In this document: positions 1-13,450 of the stretch, in pieces
Layout of the letters: every line of letters starts with the position of its first letter
How positions within the stretch are numbered: position 1 is the first letter of the stretch
Assembly (NCBI GenBank): GCA_013265495.1
Contig: MU057597.1
Coordinates: 622,207 to 686,206 of the forward strand
Source: Vicugna vicugna
Taxonomy: Eukaryota
DNA: 64,000 nt
Reading direction: 5' to 3'
Program-made: the position numbers and the translations under genes
Notes under the pieces: model-generated
Databases searched by the model: none
What the model was told of the DNA's origin: nothing
Seen by the model: only the letters and a program-made list of their open reading frames with translations

Positions 1-1240
1 ACTCAAAATGCATCAAAGACTTAAAAATTTTTAAGACAAGATACAATAAACCTTCTAGAGGAAAATGTAGGCAAAACATTATCTGACATACATCTCAAAA
101 ATTTTCTCCTAGAAGAAATAAAAGCAAGAATCAACAAATGGGACCTAATGAAACTTACAAGCTTCTGCACAGCAAAGGAAACCATAGTAAAACAAAAAGA
201 CAACCTACGGAATGGGAAAAAATTTTGCAAATGAAACCGACAAAGGCTTGATCTACAGAATATATAAGCAGCTCATACGACTCAATAAGAAGAAAATCAA
301 CAACCCAACCCAAAATTGGGCAGAAGACCTAAACAAGCAATTCTCCAAGGAAGACATACAAATGATCAATAGACACATGAAAAAATGCTCAATATCACTA
401 ATTATCAGAGAAATGCAAATCAAAACTACAATGAGGTATCACCTCACACCAGTAAGAATGGCCATCATTCAAAAATCCACAAATGACAAATGCTGGAGAG
501 GCTGTGGAGAAAGGGGAACCCTCCTTCACTGCTGGTGGGAATGCAGTTTGGTGCAGCCACTGTGGAAAACAGTATGGAGATTCCTCAAAAGACTAGGAAT
601 AGACTTACCATATGACCCAGAAATCCCGCTCCTGAGCATACATCCAGAAGGAGCCCTACTTCAGGATGACACGTGCATCCCAATGTTCATCGCAGCACTA
701 TTTACAATAGCCAAGACATGGAGACAGCCTAAATGTCCATCAACAGATGACTGGATAAAGAAGAAGTGGTATATTTATACAATGGAATACTACTCAGCCA
801 TAAAAACCGACAACATAACGCCATTTGCAGCAACATGGATGCTCCTGGAGGATGTCATTCTAAGTGAAGTAAGCCAGAAAGAGAAAGAAAAATAGCATAT
901 GAGATCGCTCATGTGTGGAATCTAAAAAAAAAAACTAACTAACAAAGCATAAATATAAAACAGAAATAGACTCATAGACATAGAACATAGACTTGTGGTT
1001 GCCAAGGGAGCAGGGGGTGGGAAGAGATAGACTGGGATTTCAAAATTGTAGAATAGATAAACAAGACTATACTGTATAGCACAGGGAAATAAACACAAGA
1101 TCTTATGATAGCTCACAGAGAAAAAAATGTGACAATGAATATATATATGTTCATATATAATGGAAAATTTTTGCTCTACACTGGAATTTGACACAACATT
1201 GTAAAATGATTATAAATCAATAAAAAAGTCTTTAAAAAAA
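1..1240 (+). mobile_element. LINE-1 3' portion (ORF2 C-terminus, 3' UTR, A-rich tail), relatively young
   Basis: ORF 212..895 reads as the L1 ORF2p C-terminus ([53 protein letters not shown]) and ends at a TAG. An L1 3' UTR and AATAAA/A-tail follow near 1219-1239. Confidence 0.95.
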
Positions 1241-1999
1241 TCAAGAGCTGTTTCTTTAAGATGGATAAAATTGATCACCACTAGCCAGGCTAATGAGGAA
1301 ATAAGGAGAGAAGATGCAAATTACCAATATCAGAAATAGAATAAAAAATATCATTACAAATCCAATGGATATTAAACTGATATATAATTTTTAAGTGTCA
1401 TAAACAAAATAATAATAATATTACTGTTATTATTTTTGGAGACATTTTGTCAAACATTCTGTATAGGTTAAAACTTGATTTTTACTCCAGTTTACAAGAA
1501 CTAGAATTTATCTAAAAAGATCACAGACGTATACAAACACATAGCCATAATGTTTAAGCAGTATCTATAATGGAAAAGAATAAGAGAAGTAAGGACAAAA
1601 TGAATCAAATTTGTTGACATTTTGTGCGTCCAGACAAATGGGGACTTTGGACACTTTCAAAGTGATCCTGAAGAAAATATCAATGTCACAGAAATCAAGG
1701 TAATTTTTATTTAGAAAAATCTTATATGCCTATTTGTGGATGACACTGAATTTTTTTAAATGAACTAGAGTGTGAACATACACAACAATATAAAATAGAA
1801 CCATTGGGATTGAATCTTATTTCTTGGAAAAATCTATCGCCTGTGCTGAGGATTATTTTAGAAATTTCACACAGTTCAGCATATATTGCTAATACGATTT
1901 CTCTAAACAGTCGAAAAATACAGGAAAATATTAAGGAAGAGTATGTCTGTGGCATGACTGGGGGGTATAATAGAAACTATCAAAACCCAGGCTTAACTG

Positions 2000-2114
2000 G
2001 AGGGGGAGGGTAGAGCTCAGTGGTAGAGCATGTGCTAAACACGAGGTCCTGGGTTCAATCCCCAGTACCTCCATTAAAATAAATAAATATACCTGATTAC
2101 CTTCCCCCACCAAA

Positions 2115-2157
<43 letters not shown>

Positions 2158-2201
2158 ATGTTTTAAATTTAAAAAAAGAAATGTTTACAAAGAAAAAAAT
2201 G
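2000..2201 (+). mobile_element. tRNA-derived SINE (Vic-1-like) with (TAAA)n tail
   Basis: A box (tagagctcagtggtagagc) and B box (gggttcaatcccc); flanked by TSD aggcttaactg. A second copy at ~3293-3494 belongs to the gap duplication. Confidence 0.9.
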
Positions 2202-2724
2202 AGGCTTAACTGATTAAAAAAAAAAAACAAAACTCCACATACAAAACCCAATCTCTACGAAACACAGTTGAATGTTGTTCTTTCAAAGCCAACAACAAGC
2301 AAAGAGAAACTAAGAAGAAATGCCGTTCCCACATCACTGCTTGGGTATTTTTGGCAAAAATAAGGAAAACATAATCTTAATCTATCATGAAAAAATGTCA
2401 TTTTATGCAAACTTCCATCAATACATACCTCCCCTGTTCTGGATTCTACAGTGCATTTAAATAGTAAGCATTTCTTACCAGTATAAGAGCAGTCTCTCCT
2501 GCTTAACTTTTTAAAAATTTGATTATTCGCTAGAACATCTCTCTTTGTTTCTCAGAACCTTGTGAATAACATTTGACCGCTAAAGTCATCCTGTTCCATG
2601 GACATTTCTTTTCCTGAGAGAGTAGATGTTGCATGCAGTTTAAACAAATCACTCCACCTTCTCCGTTTGCTGAGATCCCCAAACCCAAACCCGTGCCCGT
2701 GGGAACCTTGGATCACAATACTTT

Positions 2725-3142
2725 NNNNNNNNNNNNNNNNNNNNNNNNNNNNNNNNNNNNNNNNNNNNNNNNNNNNNNNNNNNNNNNNNNNNNNNNNNNN
2801 NNNNNNNNNNNNNNNNNNNNNNNNNNNNNNNNNNNNNNNNNNNNNNNNNNNNNNNNNNNNNNNNNNNNNNNNNNNNNNNNNNNNNNNNNNNNNNNNNNNN
2901 NNNNNNNNNNNNNNNNNNNNNNNNNNNNNNNNNNNNNNNNNNNNNNNNNNNNNNNNNNNNNNNNNNNNNNNNNNNNNNNNNNNNNNNNNNNNNNNNNNNN
3001 NNNNNNNNNNNNNNNNNNNNNNNNNNNNNNNNNNNNNNNNNNNNNNNNNNNNNNNNNNNNNNNNNNNNNNNNNNNNNNNNNNNNNNNNNNNNNNNNNNNN
3101 NNNNNNNNNNNNNNNNNNNNNNNNNNNNNNNNNNNNNNNNNN
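2725..3142. other. Assembly gap (418 N) with duplicated flanks
   Basis: N run; 1850..2724 is repeated at 3143..4017 (offset 1293) with only two substitutions seen. Confidence 0.97.
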
Positions 3143-3403
3143 GGATTATTTTAGAAATTTCACACAGTTCAGCATATATTGCTAATACGATTTCTCTAAA
3201 CAGTCGAAAAATACAGGAAAATATTAAGGAAGAGTATGTCTGTGGCATGACTGGGGGGTATAATAGAAACTATCAAAACCCAGGCTTAACTGGAGGGGGA
3301 GGGTAGAGCTCAGTGGTAGAGCATGTGCTAAACACGAGGTCCTGGGTTCAATCCCCAGTACCTCCATTAAAATAAATAAATATACCTGATTACCTTCCCC
3401 CAC

Positions 3404-3450
<47 letters not shown>

Positions 3451-4317
3451 ATGTTTTGAATTTAAAAAAAGAAATGTTTACAAAGAAAAAAATGAGGCTT
3501 AACTGATTAAAAAAAAAAAACAAAACTCCACATACAAAACCCAATCTCTACGAAACACAGTTGAATGTTGTTCTTTCAAAGCCAACAACAAGCAAAGAGA
3601 AACTAAGAAGAAATGCCGTTCCCACATCACTGCTTGGGTATTTTTGGCAAAAATAAGGAAAACATAATCTTAATCTATCATGAAAAAATGTCATTTTATG
3701 CAAACTTCCATCAATACATACCTCCCCTGTTCTGGATTCTACAGTGCATTTAAATAGTAAGCATTTCTTACCAGTATAAGAGCAGTCTCTCCTGCTTAAC
3801 TTTTTAAAAATTTGATTATTCGCTAGAACATCTCTCTTTGTTTCTCAGAACCTTGTGAATAACATTTGACCGCTAAAGTCATCCTGTTCCATGGACATTT
3901 CTTTTCCTGAGAGAGTAGATGTTGCATGCAGTTTAAACAAATCACTCCACCTTCTCCGTTTGCTGAGATCCCCAAACCCAAACCCGTGCCCGTGGGAACC
4001 TTGGATCACAATACTTTCACCTGCTAATCTCTCACAAAGGGAATATGGTCGTTATAAATTATTAATTCTTGGTGGGAATTCTTTATGCTCTAAAGGGACC
4101 CTGGAGGCAGACAATTTTAAGAAACGATTCTGCAAAACGAGAGGAGTATTTTAAACAGCTGATCTTGACTATCACAACAATAAGAAAAGAAGTTATAGAA
4201 AACCACCTCCTTAGGCTGGAATTTCAGGAGCAGAGAACGAAAGGTTTTAGCTTTTCAATCCAAGGCATTTATGGAGGAAGAAAAGATACAGCCTCTGACC
4301 CATGACAGGACATTCAC

Positions 4318-4332
4318 CTGAGAAGCTGCCAT
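4318..4332 (-). CDS. Candidate first coding mini-exon (MAASQ) of a neighbouring KRAB-ZNF gene running off the left edge
   Basis: Minus strand reads gaagaaggggaggaaATGGCAGCTTCTCAG|gtgaat. A purine-rich leader, MAxxQ and a phase-0 donor resemble start exons of KRAB-ZNF cluster genes. No KRAB exon is visible downstream within the window. Confidence 0.3.
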
Positions 4333-6039
4333 TTCCTCCCCTTCTTCCTCTTGCTCTCGGTCATTTTCTCATTGATATTATGTTGAGGAATCACATCAGC
4401 ATCTTGAGAAGATGCTTTCAAAGATGTCAGCACAGCTCCTTCACCTGCTCTGACCATACACAGGCAGGAGGGCCCTGAAGTGCTGAAAAGGCCAACTTCT
4501 CCCTTCCATTCTCTCAGGAAAGATTTAGGAAAGCCAAGCTGTGGATTTATTCTTTCCTGTTTACAGGGGTTTTCTCCCCCAAATACATGCTAGCACGGGC
4601 CTTGTGGGCCGCACTGACAATCCTCGTTCGAGTCCATGAGACAGGAGACTATGCTGCCTCTTCTTGGCCTAACGCCTACGCTCAACTCTTAGAAATGTAG
4701 CCAGGAGACCATGTGATGAACCTTTGCCGCACCCAGGAATCACCTGGAGCCCTGAATTAAAACACTGATGCTCCAACGTGATGGAAAGGGCACAGGTGAT
4801 ATCATTTCTTGAAACTGGTCGTGTGATCCTAATGGAAAACCAAATGGGAACCGCTTAGCTAAACTTTTTTTTCCTGAAGCAATTTACAATGAATACAAAT
4901 CACTTTGTGATCAGGCCTCACTCTAAGAAGTTATGAATCTGCAAATCTGAATTTGAGGTGGTGCCGATAAATGACACCTTGAACAAGTTCCTTGCTGGTG
5001 CTGATTTGGCTCACCCATGAACCATTTTCAGTTGCATTTAGCTAGAGATCACTGAGGAGTGTGAGGATTTGGGGAAGGAACTTCTACCAACATAGACTCT
5101 GTCAGCCTGATTCGCTGTGAAGGACCCTTCCTGGCCGGGGTCTGGCTCTGTCATTGCTTTGTGCATATTGGCTTGGGGAAGAGGAGCTGGGAGTTTAGTG
5201 CTTGGCAGAAATGTCATAGTGGCACTGGGGCTGTGTAAGGCTTTGCTCCCAGAACCCTTCCCAATGCTACCCTGAGTCCTAAGGTCCTTTCATCCCCTCC
5301 CCTCCCCTCCCTGGGGCCACGTGAATTCACAAAATGATTTGCAGTGTGATCACCCGTCTGCAGGTGAAGGCGCCTCCATTCTCAAGACCAGGAGCTTGAA
5401 GGCCTTTGCACCACAGCTTTCTTTGAAGACAAACTAAAGATAGCTACAGAGCATAGATTAGAAGTATGTGTTGAAAAAGGGCAAAAGCCTTTGAAAATGA
5501 TGCCATAGATGTGTATTTGATGATACATCAAGGAGGCCATAATCTGTTTTAAGTAATGCGGAGCATTATAACTGAATTAACACAGAATGTTGTTGCTGCT
5601 CCACTGAGAGCGTGCGTTTTTCTATGATTTTTGAATTGTGTTGCTACAGTGTTTTTTTCCCCACCCTTTGGTACTTGTATTTTGTCACATCTTTAAAGTA
5701 TATTAAAAAATTAAAGAAAACAAACATATCCATTTTTCAAATTTTGAGAGCACTGAATCTTTAAAAATAGCTCCATTAAAAAGCCCCTCAAACACATTCT
5801 TTATTTCTGTTTATCTCTAACATTTCACTTTGACTTTTATTAATATATTACTCTCTGCTTACATTGCCTATCTCTTTATGAATGCTGCATATTTTATCTA
5901 TTCTATCCCTTAGCATCTTAATTGTACTTGTTTTAAAATCCTGACTGAGAATTTTCCCAAATTTTAGGTTCTGCTTCTGTTTTAATTATCAATTCCACGT
6001 TTACATCATTTTTCTCTTCCCCTAGTTTACTGTAAGCAT

Positions 6040-6850
6040 TTAAGAGAAATCAGGCTGTTCTCAACACCTTGCTTAGAAACTTCTGACACCAAGGTTCCAG
6101 TTTCATCGCTCATAAGATCTACCTTGCACAGAACACTAGGGGAAGACTACAATTCAAACGCTTTGTCACATTAAAAACAGCAGTAACCTTTCCACCAGTT
6201 GCCAATAAAATGTTCCTCATTTCTGTCTGAGATGTCATCAGATTGGCCTTTAGAGTGTACATTTCTCCCAAAATGTTGTTTTTGGACAGTAATATTTTCT
6301 CTAAGAAGCCTGAGGTTCTCTCTCTAGCTCTCCTCCTTCCTTCTGAGCGTTCACCAGAGTTGCCCTTAATAATTCTTTCATGGTGATGCAGAACTTTCCA
6401 GCATTCACTTCCAAACTGTTCCATACTCAATCCTTTGAGTTGCAACAAAACTTCCATATTTTTAAGTATTTTTTCAGATATTCCCTTACTTCTCGGTACC
6501 AATTTTTACCTTAGTCTCTTTGGGATGCTTAAAGAGAGAGGGAGAGACTGAGTAGTTTTTTTCTCTCACAGTGACTGAAGCTGAGAAGTCCAAGATCAAA
6601 GCCCGAGCAAATTCAGTATCTAGCGATGGTGCAATTTCTGGTTAATAGGGAGGATCCTCTAGCTGTGCAGTCAGATGAGAGAGGGGGGAAAAGAGCTTTG
6701 GGGAGTTACTATTATGAGGGAACTAGTCCCATTTATTAGGTCACTTCCCTTGTGACCTAATCAGCTCCCAAAAGAATGACTTCATAATACCATCGCCATT
6801 GGAGTTGAGTTTCAACATAAGAAAATTGAAAGGGCAGAAATGTTTACAAC
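6040..6850. mobile_element. MaLR (MLT1-like) LTR with adjacent internal-like fragment
   Basis: Motifs gagaagtccaagatcaaag, cccttgtgacctaatca and tttcaacataagaa are typical of MLT1 LTRs. Confidence 0.6.
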
Positions 6851-9142
6851 ATAGAAGAGGCCAATGAGAAAATTGATTAATTCTTTGCTGCTGAAAGGTT
6901 TGAACACTGTAAATTTGCTTATATAGTCTCAATAAACCTTAGTTGGTAAGCAGGACTCTCAATTTTGTTATGTTTCATGAACTACTCTTACTGGCAAACA
7001 TGTGATAACCCTTTTTGAAGAGATACTAAGAAATCAAGCCTCAACAAATTTAAGAGAATGGAAATTATTTCAAGAATCTTTTGTGGCCACAACAACATGA
7101 AACCAGAAATCAATCACAGAAAGAGAAACAAACAAACAAAAAAAGATTACATAGAGTCTAAAAACATACTTCTAAAGAACTAGTAGGTCAATGATGAAAT
7201 CAAAGAGCAAACTTTAAAATACTTTGAGACAAATGACAATGAAAACACAACCATACAAAATAAATGGGATGCAGCAAAAAATTTCCTAGGAAGGAAGTTT
7301 GCAGTGATACAGGCCTTCCTCAAAACACAAGAAGAATCTCAAATAAAAAACCCATCTTACCACCTAAAAGAATTAGAAAATGAAGAACAAACAAAACCTA
7401 AAGTCAGCAGAAGAAAATGATAAACAGCAGAAAAGGAAATGAACAAACTGATATTTTTAAAACCAATAGAAAAAAATCAATCATACCAAGAGCTGTTTTT
7501 TTGAAAGGATAAACAAAATCAGCAAATCTCTGCCTAGGCTCACCAAGATATCAAAACCAGACAAAGACACTAGCAAAAACATAAAGTTACAAGCTAATAT
7601 CTTTGATGAATATAGATGCAAAAATTCTCAACAAAATATTAGCAAACCAAATCCATTAAAAAAGATCATACATCGTGATTGAGTTGGATTCATCCCAGGG
7701 TCACAAGGATGGTTCAACATACCCGAATCAATCAATGTGATACACCACATCAACAAAAGAAAAGACAAAAACTACATGATCATCACAATAGACGCAAAAA
7801 AAACATGTGATAAAATTCAACATCCATTCATGATAACACTCTGACAAAAGTGGGCACAGAGGGAACATATCTCAACATAATTACAGTTATTTATGACAAA
7901 GCCACAACCAACATAATATTCCATGGTAAAAACTTGAAAGTCTCCCCATTAATACCTGAAACAGGACAAGGATGCCCATTCTCAGCACTTCTATTCAACA
8001 TAGTATTGGAAGTCCCAACCACAGTAATCAGACAAGAAAAAGAAATAACAGGGATCCAAATTGGAAGAAAGAGGTAAAATTGTCACCATAAGCAGATGAC
8101 ATGATACTATATACAGAAAACCCTAAAGACTCTACACAAAAACTACTAGAACTGAAAAACAAATTCAGTAAGGTAGCAGGATACAAAATTAACACACAGA
8201 AATCTGTTGCATTTCTTTACACTAACAATGAAATATCAGAAAGGAAAAGTTAAAAAAAATCCTTTTAAAATCACACCAAAAAAATAAAATAAAATAAAAT
8301 AAAGTAAAATAAAGTAAAATAAAATAAAATACTTAGGAATAAACCTGACCAAAGATGTGGTAGACTCATATGTGGAGAAATATACAACATTGATTAAAGA
8401 AATTAAAGATGATTTAAAGGAATGGAAAGTTATCCCATGCTCTTGGATTGGAAGAATTAATATGGTTAAAATGGCCATATTACCCAAAGCAGTCTACAGA
8501 TTTAATGCAATCCCTATCAAATTACCCAGGATATTTTTCACAGAACTGTAACAAATAATACTAAAATCTACATGGAATCACAAAAGACCCAGAATTGCCA
8601 AAGTAATACAGAAGAAAAAGAACAAAGCTGGAGGAATAACCCTCGCAGACTTTAGACGGTACTACAGAACTACAGTAATCAAAACAGCATGGTATTGGCA
8701 CAGAAACAGAAAAATGGATCAATGGAATAGAATAGACAGCCCAGAAATAAACCCATGCACTTATAGTCAATTAATCTATGACAAAGGAGGCAAATATATA
8801 CAATGGGGAAAAGACAGTCTCCTCAGCAAGTGGTGTGGGAAAACTGGACAGCTACATGTAAAAGAATGGCATTAGAACAGTTTCTCATACCATATACAAA
8901 AATAAACTCAAAAAGGATTAAAGGCCTAAAGGTAACACCAGAAACCACAAAGCTCCTGGAAGAAAACAGAACACTCTTTGACATAAGTTGTAGCAATATT
9001 TTTTTTTAATCTATCTCCTCCAGCAAAGAAAAGAGAAGCAAAAATAAACAAATGAGACCTAATTAAATTTAAATGCTTTGCACAGCAAAGGAAACCATCA
9101 ATGGAACGAAAAGACAACCTACTGAATGGGACAAAATATTTG

Positions 9143-9232
9143 CTGTATCATCTTTTTCCCCCCTTAACAGAGGCATGGGGATTGAACCCAGGACCATGTG
9201 CACACCAGGCATGTGCTCTACCCCACCACCCC
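9143..9232 (-). mobile_element. Short tRNA-derived SINE inside L1
   Basis: ggggattgaacccaggacc (reverse B box); TSD tgggacaaaata(t/c)ttg on both sides. Confidence 0.8.
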
Positions 9233-10076
9233 TGGGACAAAATACTTGAAAATGATATGTCTGATATGGGGTTAATATCCAAAATATATAAACAGCTCAT
9301 ACAATACAATATCAAAAACAAAACCTCAATCAAAAAATAAGCAGAAGATCTGAACAGATATTTTTCCAAAGAAGACCTGCAGATACCCAGAAGGCACATG
9401 AAAAGATGCCCAGCCTCGCCAGTCATCAGGGAAATGCAAATCAAAACTACAATGAGATATAACCTTAAACCTGCCAGAATGGATATCATCAAAACAGCAA
9501 ATGTTGCCAAGGATATGGAGAAAAGGGAACCCTAGTACGATGCTGGTGGGAATGTAAACTGGTATAGCCATTATGAAAAACAGTATGGAGGCTCCTCAAA
9601 AAACTGAAACAAGAACTACCATATGATCCAGCAATTCCATTCCTGAATAAATCTCTAAAGAAAATGAAAACACTAATTTGAAAGGATACACCCACCCCAA
9701 TGTTCATAGCAGCATTGTTTACAATAGCCAAGATATGGAGGCAACCTATCTGTCTATCCACAGATGAATGGATAAAGAAGGTGTGGTATATATATTCAAT
9801 GGAATATCACTCAGACAGAAAGAGAATAACATTCTGCCATTTGCAGGAACAGAGATGGACCTAGAAAAATTATATTTAGTGAAATAAGTCAGACAGAAAA
9901 AGACAAATACTCTATGTTATCACTTACATGTGGACTCTAAATAATAAAACAAATTAATAAGCATAATAAAACAAAAACAGACTCACACATATAGAGGACA
10001 AACTAGTGATTACCAGTGGGAAGAGTAATACACGAGGGGCAAGATAATGGTAGTGGATTAAGAGGTACAAACTATT

Positions 10077-10241
10077 GGGGGGAGGGTATATCTCAGAGGC
10101 AGAGCACATGCTTAGCATGCACAAGGTCCTGGGTTCAATCCTCAGTACCTCGATTAAAAGTAAATAAATAAACCTAATTACCTCCCCCCTCTACAAAAAA
10201 GAATAAAATGAAAACTCACAAATAAATTCAAACGTTAAAAA
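10077..10241 (+). mobile_element. Vic-1-like SINE inside L1 3' UTR
   Basis: ggggagggtatatctcag...gggttcaatcctcagtacctc; TSD aagaggtacaaa(c/t)tat. Confidence 0.88.
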
Positions 10242-10607
10242 AAGAGGTACAAATTATCATGTAGAAAATAAATACAAGGATATACTGTACAGGGAATACA
10301 GTCAATATTTTTAATAACTTTAAATGGAGTATAATCTATAAAAATATTAAATCACTATGCTGTACACCTGAAACTAATATAATATGTAAATCAACTAGAA
10401 TAAAAAAAGAAAAGATTAAAATGGAAAATGCCTTCTCTACACAAAAATTCATAAACACTGAGAGCACTGTTTTATGTTAAACGCCTCTGTGTTTCACTTG
10501 GTCCCATTAGAAGGTAAGTAAAATGTTTACAACAGATGTTAAAGGACCTTCTCTAGTCATCAAACCATAAGAAAAGAGAACAAAAAGAAAAAGAAATAGA
10601 CTTACAA

Positions 10608-10878
10608 AAGATTGCTTTGGCTATTCGGGGTCTTTTGTGGTTCCTTATAAATTCTGGAATTGTTTGTTCTAGTTCTGTGAGGAATGTTGTGAGTATTTTG
10701 GCAGGGGTTGCTTTGGATCTGTGGATTGCTTTGGGAAGTGTGGCCATTTTGATAGTGTTGATTCTTCCAATCCAAGAGCATGAGAAATCTTTCCATTTCT
10801 TTGTGTCATTTCCATTTTTGGAGTATGGGTAACCTCATTGGTTAAGTTTATTTCTAGGTTTATTGTTGGTTTTGATGT
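10608..10878 (-). mobile_element. LINE-1 ORF2 fragment, antisense
   Basis: Minus ORF 10553..10747 ([32 protein letters not shown]). Confidence 0.85.
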
Positions 10879-11248
10879 AATGGAAACGTTTCTGCCAGTT
10901 ATAAAATTCTGGTTTTTGAAGTGGAAAAAAAAAGGAATGAAGGGCTGCAAATGGCAAAATATCCTTTGTTATAGGTGAGTTGTATTCCTTTACATAATGT
11001 ATGCTGCATCTTCATTATCTATTCAACTATTGATGTGCACTTATGTTGCTTCCATATCTTGGCAGCTATAAATAATGTTGCTGTTAATAGCAGGGTGTAT
11101 GTATCTTTTTGAATTAATTCTTATTTTGTGGTTGGCTTTATTCCTTTGATAACTATGTAAGTTTAAAAAGCTAAAGCTCTAAACGTTCTTAGAAACAATG
11201 AACAGTACATATATGTAAATTAAAAAATATATGTGCAGTTAAAAAAAA
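10879..11248 (+). repeat. Unclassified dispersed repeat, copy 1 (copy 2 at 45169-45643)
   Basis: About 360 bp highly similar to 45169..45535, with the same 5' start (aatggaaa) and an A-run at the 3' end. Confidence 0.85.
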
Positions 11249-11760
11249 GAGCTATCAAGCCATGAAAGACACGGAAGAAACTTAAAAGATATTACTAAAT
11301 GAAAGAAGCCAGTCTGAAAAGGCTACAAATTGTACAATTCCAACCAAATGACATTCTGGAAAAGGCATAGCTACAGGAATAAAAAGATCGTGGTTTCCAG
11401 GGGTTTGGGGAGAGGGAGGGAAGGAGGAATGACTAGATGGAGCACAAGGGATTTTTAGGGCAATGAAGTTATTCTCTATAACACTATAGTGGTGGCTACA
11501 TGTCATTATGCGTTTGTCAAAACCCATAGAATGTACAAGAGTGAACCCTAAAGTAAATTATGGGCTTTGGTTGATAATAATGTGCCATGTTGGTTCATCC
11601 ATTGTACCAAATATGCCACGCTTGATGAGTGATGTTGAGGGTAGGGGAGTATATATGTGTAGGTGGAGCGGGATATGTGTGAACTCTGTATTTTCTGCTC
11701 AATTCTGCTGTGAACCTAAAACTGCCCTAAAAAAATAGTCTATTAATTAAAAAAAAAGGA
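11249..11760 (+). mobile_element. Old L1M 3' end
   Basis: gaaagaagccagtctgaaaaggctaca...gtgaaccctaaagtaaattatggg...tgtgaacctaaaactgc followed by an A-tail. Confidence 0.8.
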
Positions 11761-12052
11761 GATATGTAAATCTGTTTAAAATAACAAAACTCTTATGGGA
11801 GACAGGTTAACCTCCAGTATGGAAATAGAGCTCTTTCATGGTAGAGGTGTTAGTAAGACGGAGCGAGAACTTGGCACAAAGTTTGTCACATAGTAGGTAC
11901 CTTAGAAAGTAAATATGAGTACCGTTGACTCACGGCAACAGACCTAAATTAGACCAATTCATAAACAGTATAAAACTGCACGATAGACGAAGAGAACACA
12001 TACGGAAAGATTTCATGGCCTTCCTCGGTGACAACAACGCCTATACTGTAAG

Positions 12053-12470
12053 TGAAGGAAACCAGGTATGTCACCCCAAAATATGTCTCTTTGACATAAA
12101 AATTATTTTGAGCTGAAGGCAATTAAGAAATTATAAACACAGAGAAGATTCCCCTTCCTTGTTGAAAGGTAGGAAATAAATTCTTCTTTTAACGCGCATA
12201 GACTCTTACCAGCCCACAGATGGCACCAGAGGAATCTTCAAACCAACCTCATTAACTGAAGACCGGGGTTAGCAGTTTTAAGGGAACTACCACCAGCCCA
12301 CTGTCCTGGCAGTACTTCACAAATTTATCCGTTCTTGGTCGAAAACATACAATAGCTTCCTGCTCTGGTCACGTCTTCAGGATTTCGTTCCCCTGGGAAG
12401 CTCCTATGCCCCAGCAGGGGTCCCAGCATTTATAAATTCCGCTATTCTGAATTACACTCCCTCTCACGTC
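12053..12470. mobile_element. ERV1-class LTR (MER34-like) directly upstream of the ZNF331 promoter
   Basis: tgaaggaaaccaggtatgtcaccccaaaatatgtctctttgacataaaaattattttgagctgaaggc; a similar head occurs at 33887. Confidence 0.6.
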
Positions 12471-12519
12471 TGTGGAGGAACAGGTCCTCCCCCGCAGGGA
12501 GAGAGGCCTTCTGAAAGCC

Positions 12520-13450
12520 TTGCGGACTACTGAGTCGTGAACTACATTTCCCAGAAGTCTCTGAGGCACAGCTCCGTTAGTGCCGTTGTGGAGTTGCATG
12601 CTGGGAAACAGAGCCAGCACGCTTCCAGCTCCGCGGATTCCCGGTTTTCTGGACTGCATTTCCCAGAGGGCTCTGGGGCACGGCCCCGTCAGGAGCGCGC
12701 GGAGTTGCATGCTGGGAGCCGCGCGTCCTGCGCAAAGGATTTTTTTCCCTCCCAAGCTCTGGTTTCCTGGTGACGCTGTCCGGAGTTAACGCCAACGCTT
12801 ACGATCCCTCCTAACGTCCTGCTGATGGTTGGGCCCCAAGCGGTGAGTTATTAGCATCCCATGAGGAAACACGCGCCGAATGCCGCAGCGATGGTGGTGA
12901 GGGAGAAAGCCAGGGGGCCCGAAACGTACCCTCGGCCTCTGGCTGCGGGAGCGGCTGCGGAGGAAGTGCGAGCGTGTGTGTGTGTGCGTGTCTGTGTGCG
13001 TGTGCTTGTGTGACGGGCTCGGCCGTGTGCATTGACTGAGGTGTGCGCATGAGCGTCGGTCAGGGAGACAGGCCCTATCTTTGTGGTGGTGACGCACTTG
13101 TCTGTTGTGTGTGATGGGGACGCAGCGGGGCCCCGTCCCCAGGGCTGTGCCTCGCGTGCGTGTGAACGTGACTCCGCCACTCTGCTCTGTGTGAGTTACA
13201 CGCGTGTGGGGTCTGCGGGGGTGGCGGGACCCAGTTATGTCTCTGTGGCTGTGAGATGTGCTTTTGCATTTCTGTGGGGTTGGCAGAGCCGTTCGCCGTG
13301 TCTCTGGCGTGGGCGTCAGTCGATGTGACAGAGCCAAGATGTACCTCATGACAGTGTGTACGTACGATTGTTCGGCTGTGACAGGTGCGGGATTGTGCTT
13401 GGGTATGTGGCCACGGATTGAGTCAGCACGGGGCTGTGTGACAGTGTAAC
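12520..13450 (+). promoter_or_regulatory. ZNF331: CpG-island promoter and first non-coding exon of ZNF331, with tandem ZNF143/ACTACA-type motifs
   Basis: High CpG density. actacatttcccagaag at 12541, actgcatttcccagagg at 12653, gagttgcatgctggga at 12591 and 12702. Donor cg|gtgagt at 12842/3. Candidate 5' UTR exons 13897-13965, 14319-14376 and 18569-18654. Confidence 0.8.

Larger units (their letters stand above)
7030..10410 (+). mobile_element. Degenerate LINE-1 (ORF2 EN-distal/RT/C-terminus plus 3' UTR) with an internal deletion near 7548 and two nested SINEs
   Basis: Broken ORFs 7850..8077 ([17 protein letters not shown]), 8357..8551 ([32 protein letters not shown]) and 8803..9009; A-tail near 10400. 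Confidence 0.93.

Noticed and set aside
2598..3248. Long ORFs spanning the N run
   Set aside because: Artefacts of translating Ns.
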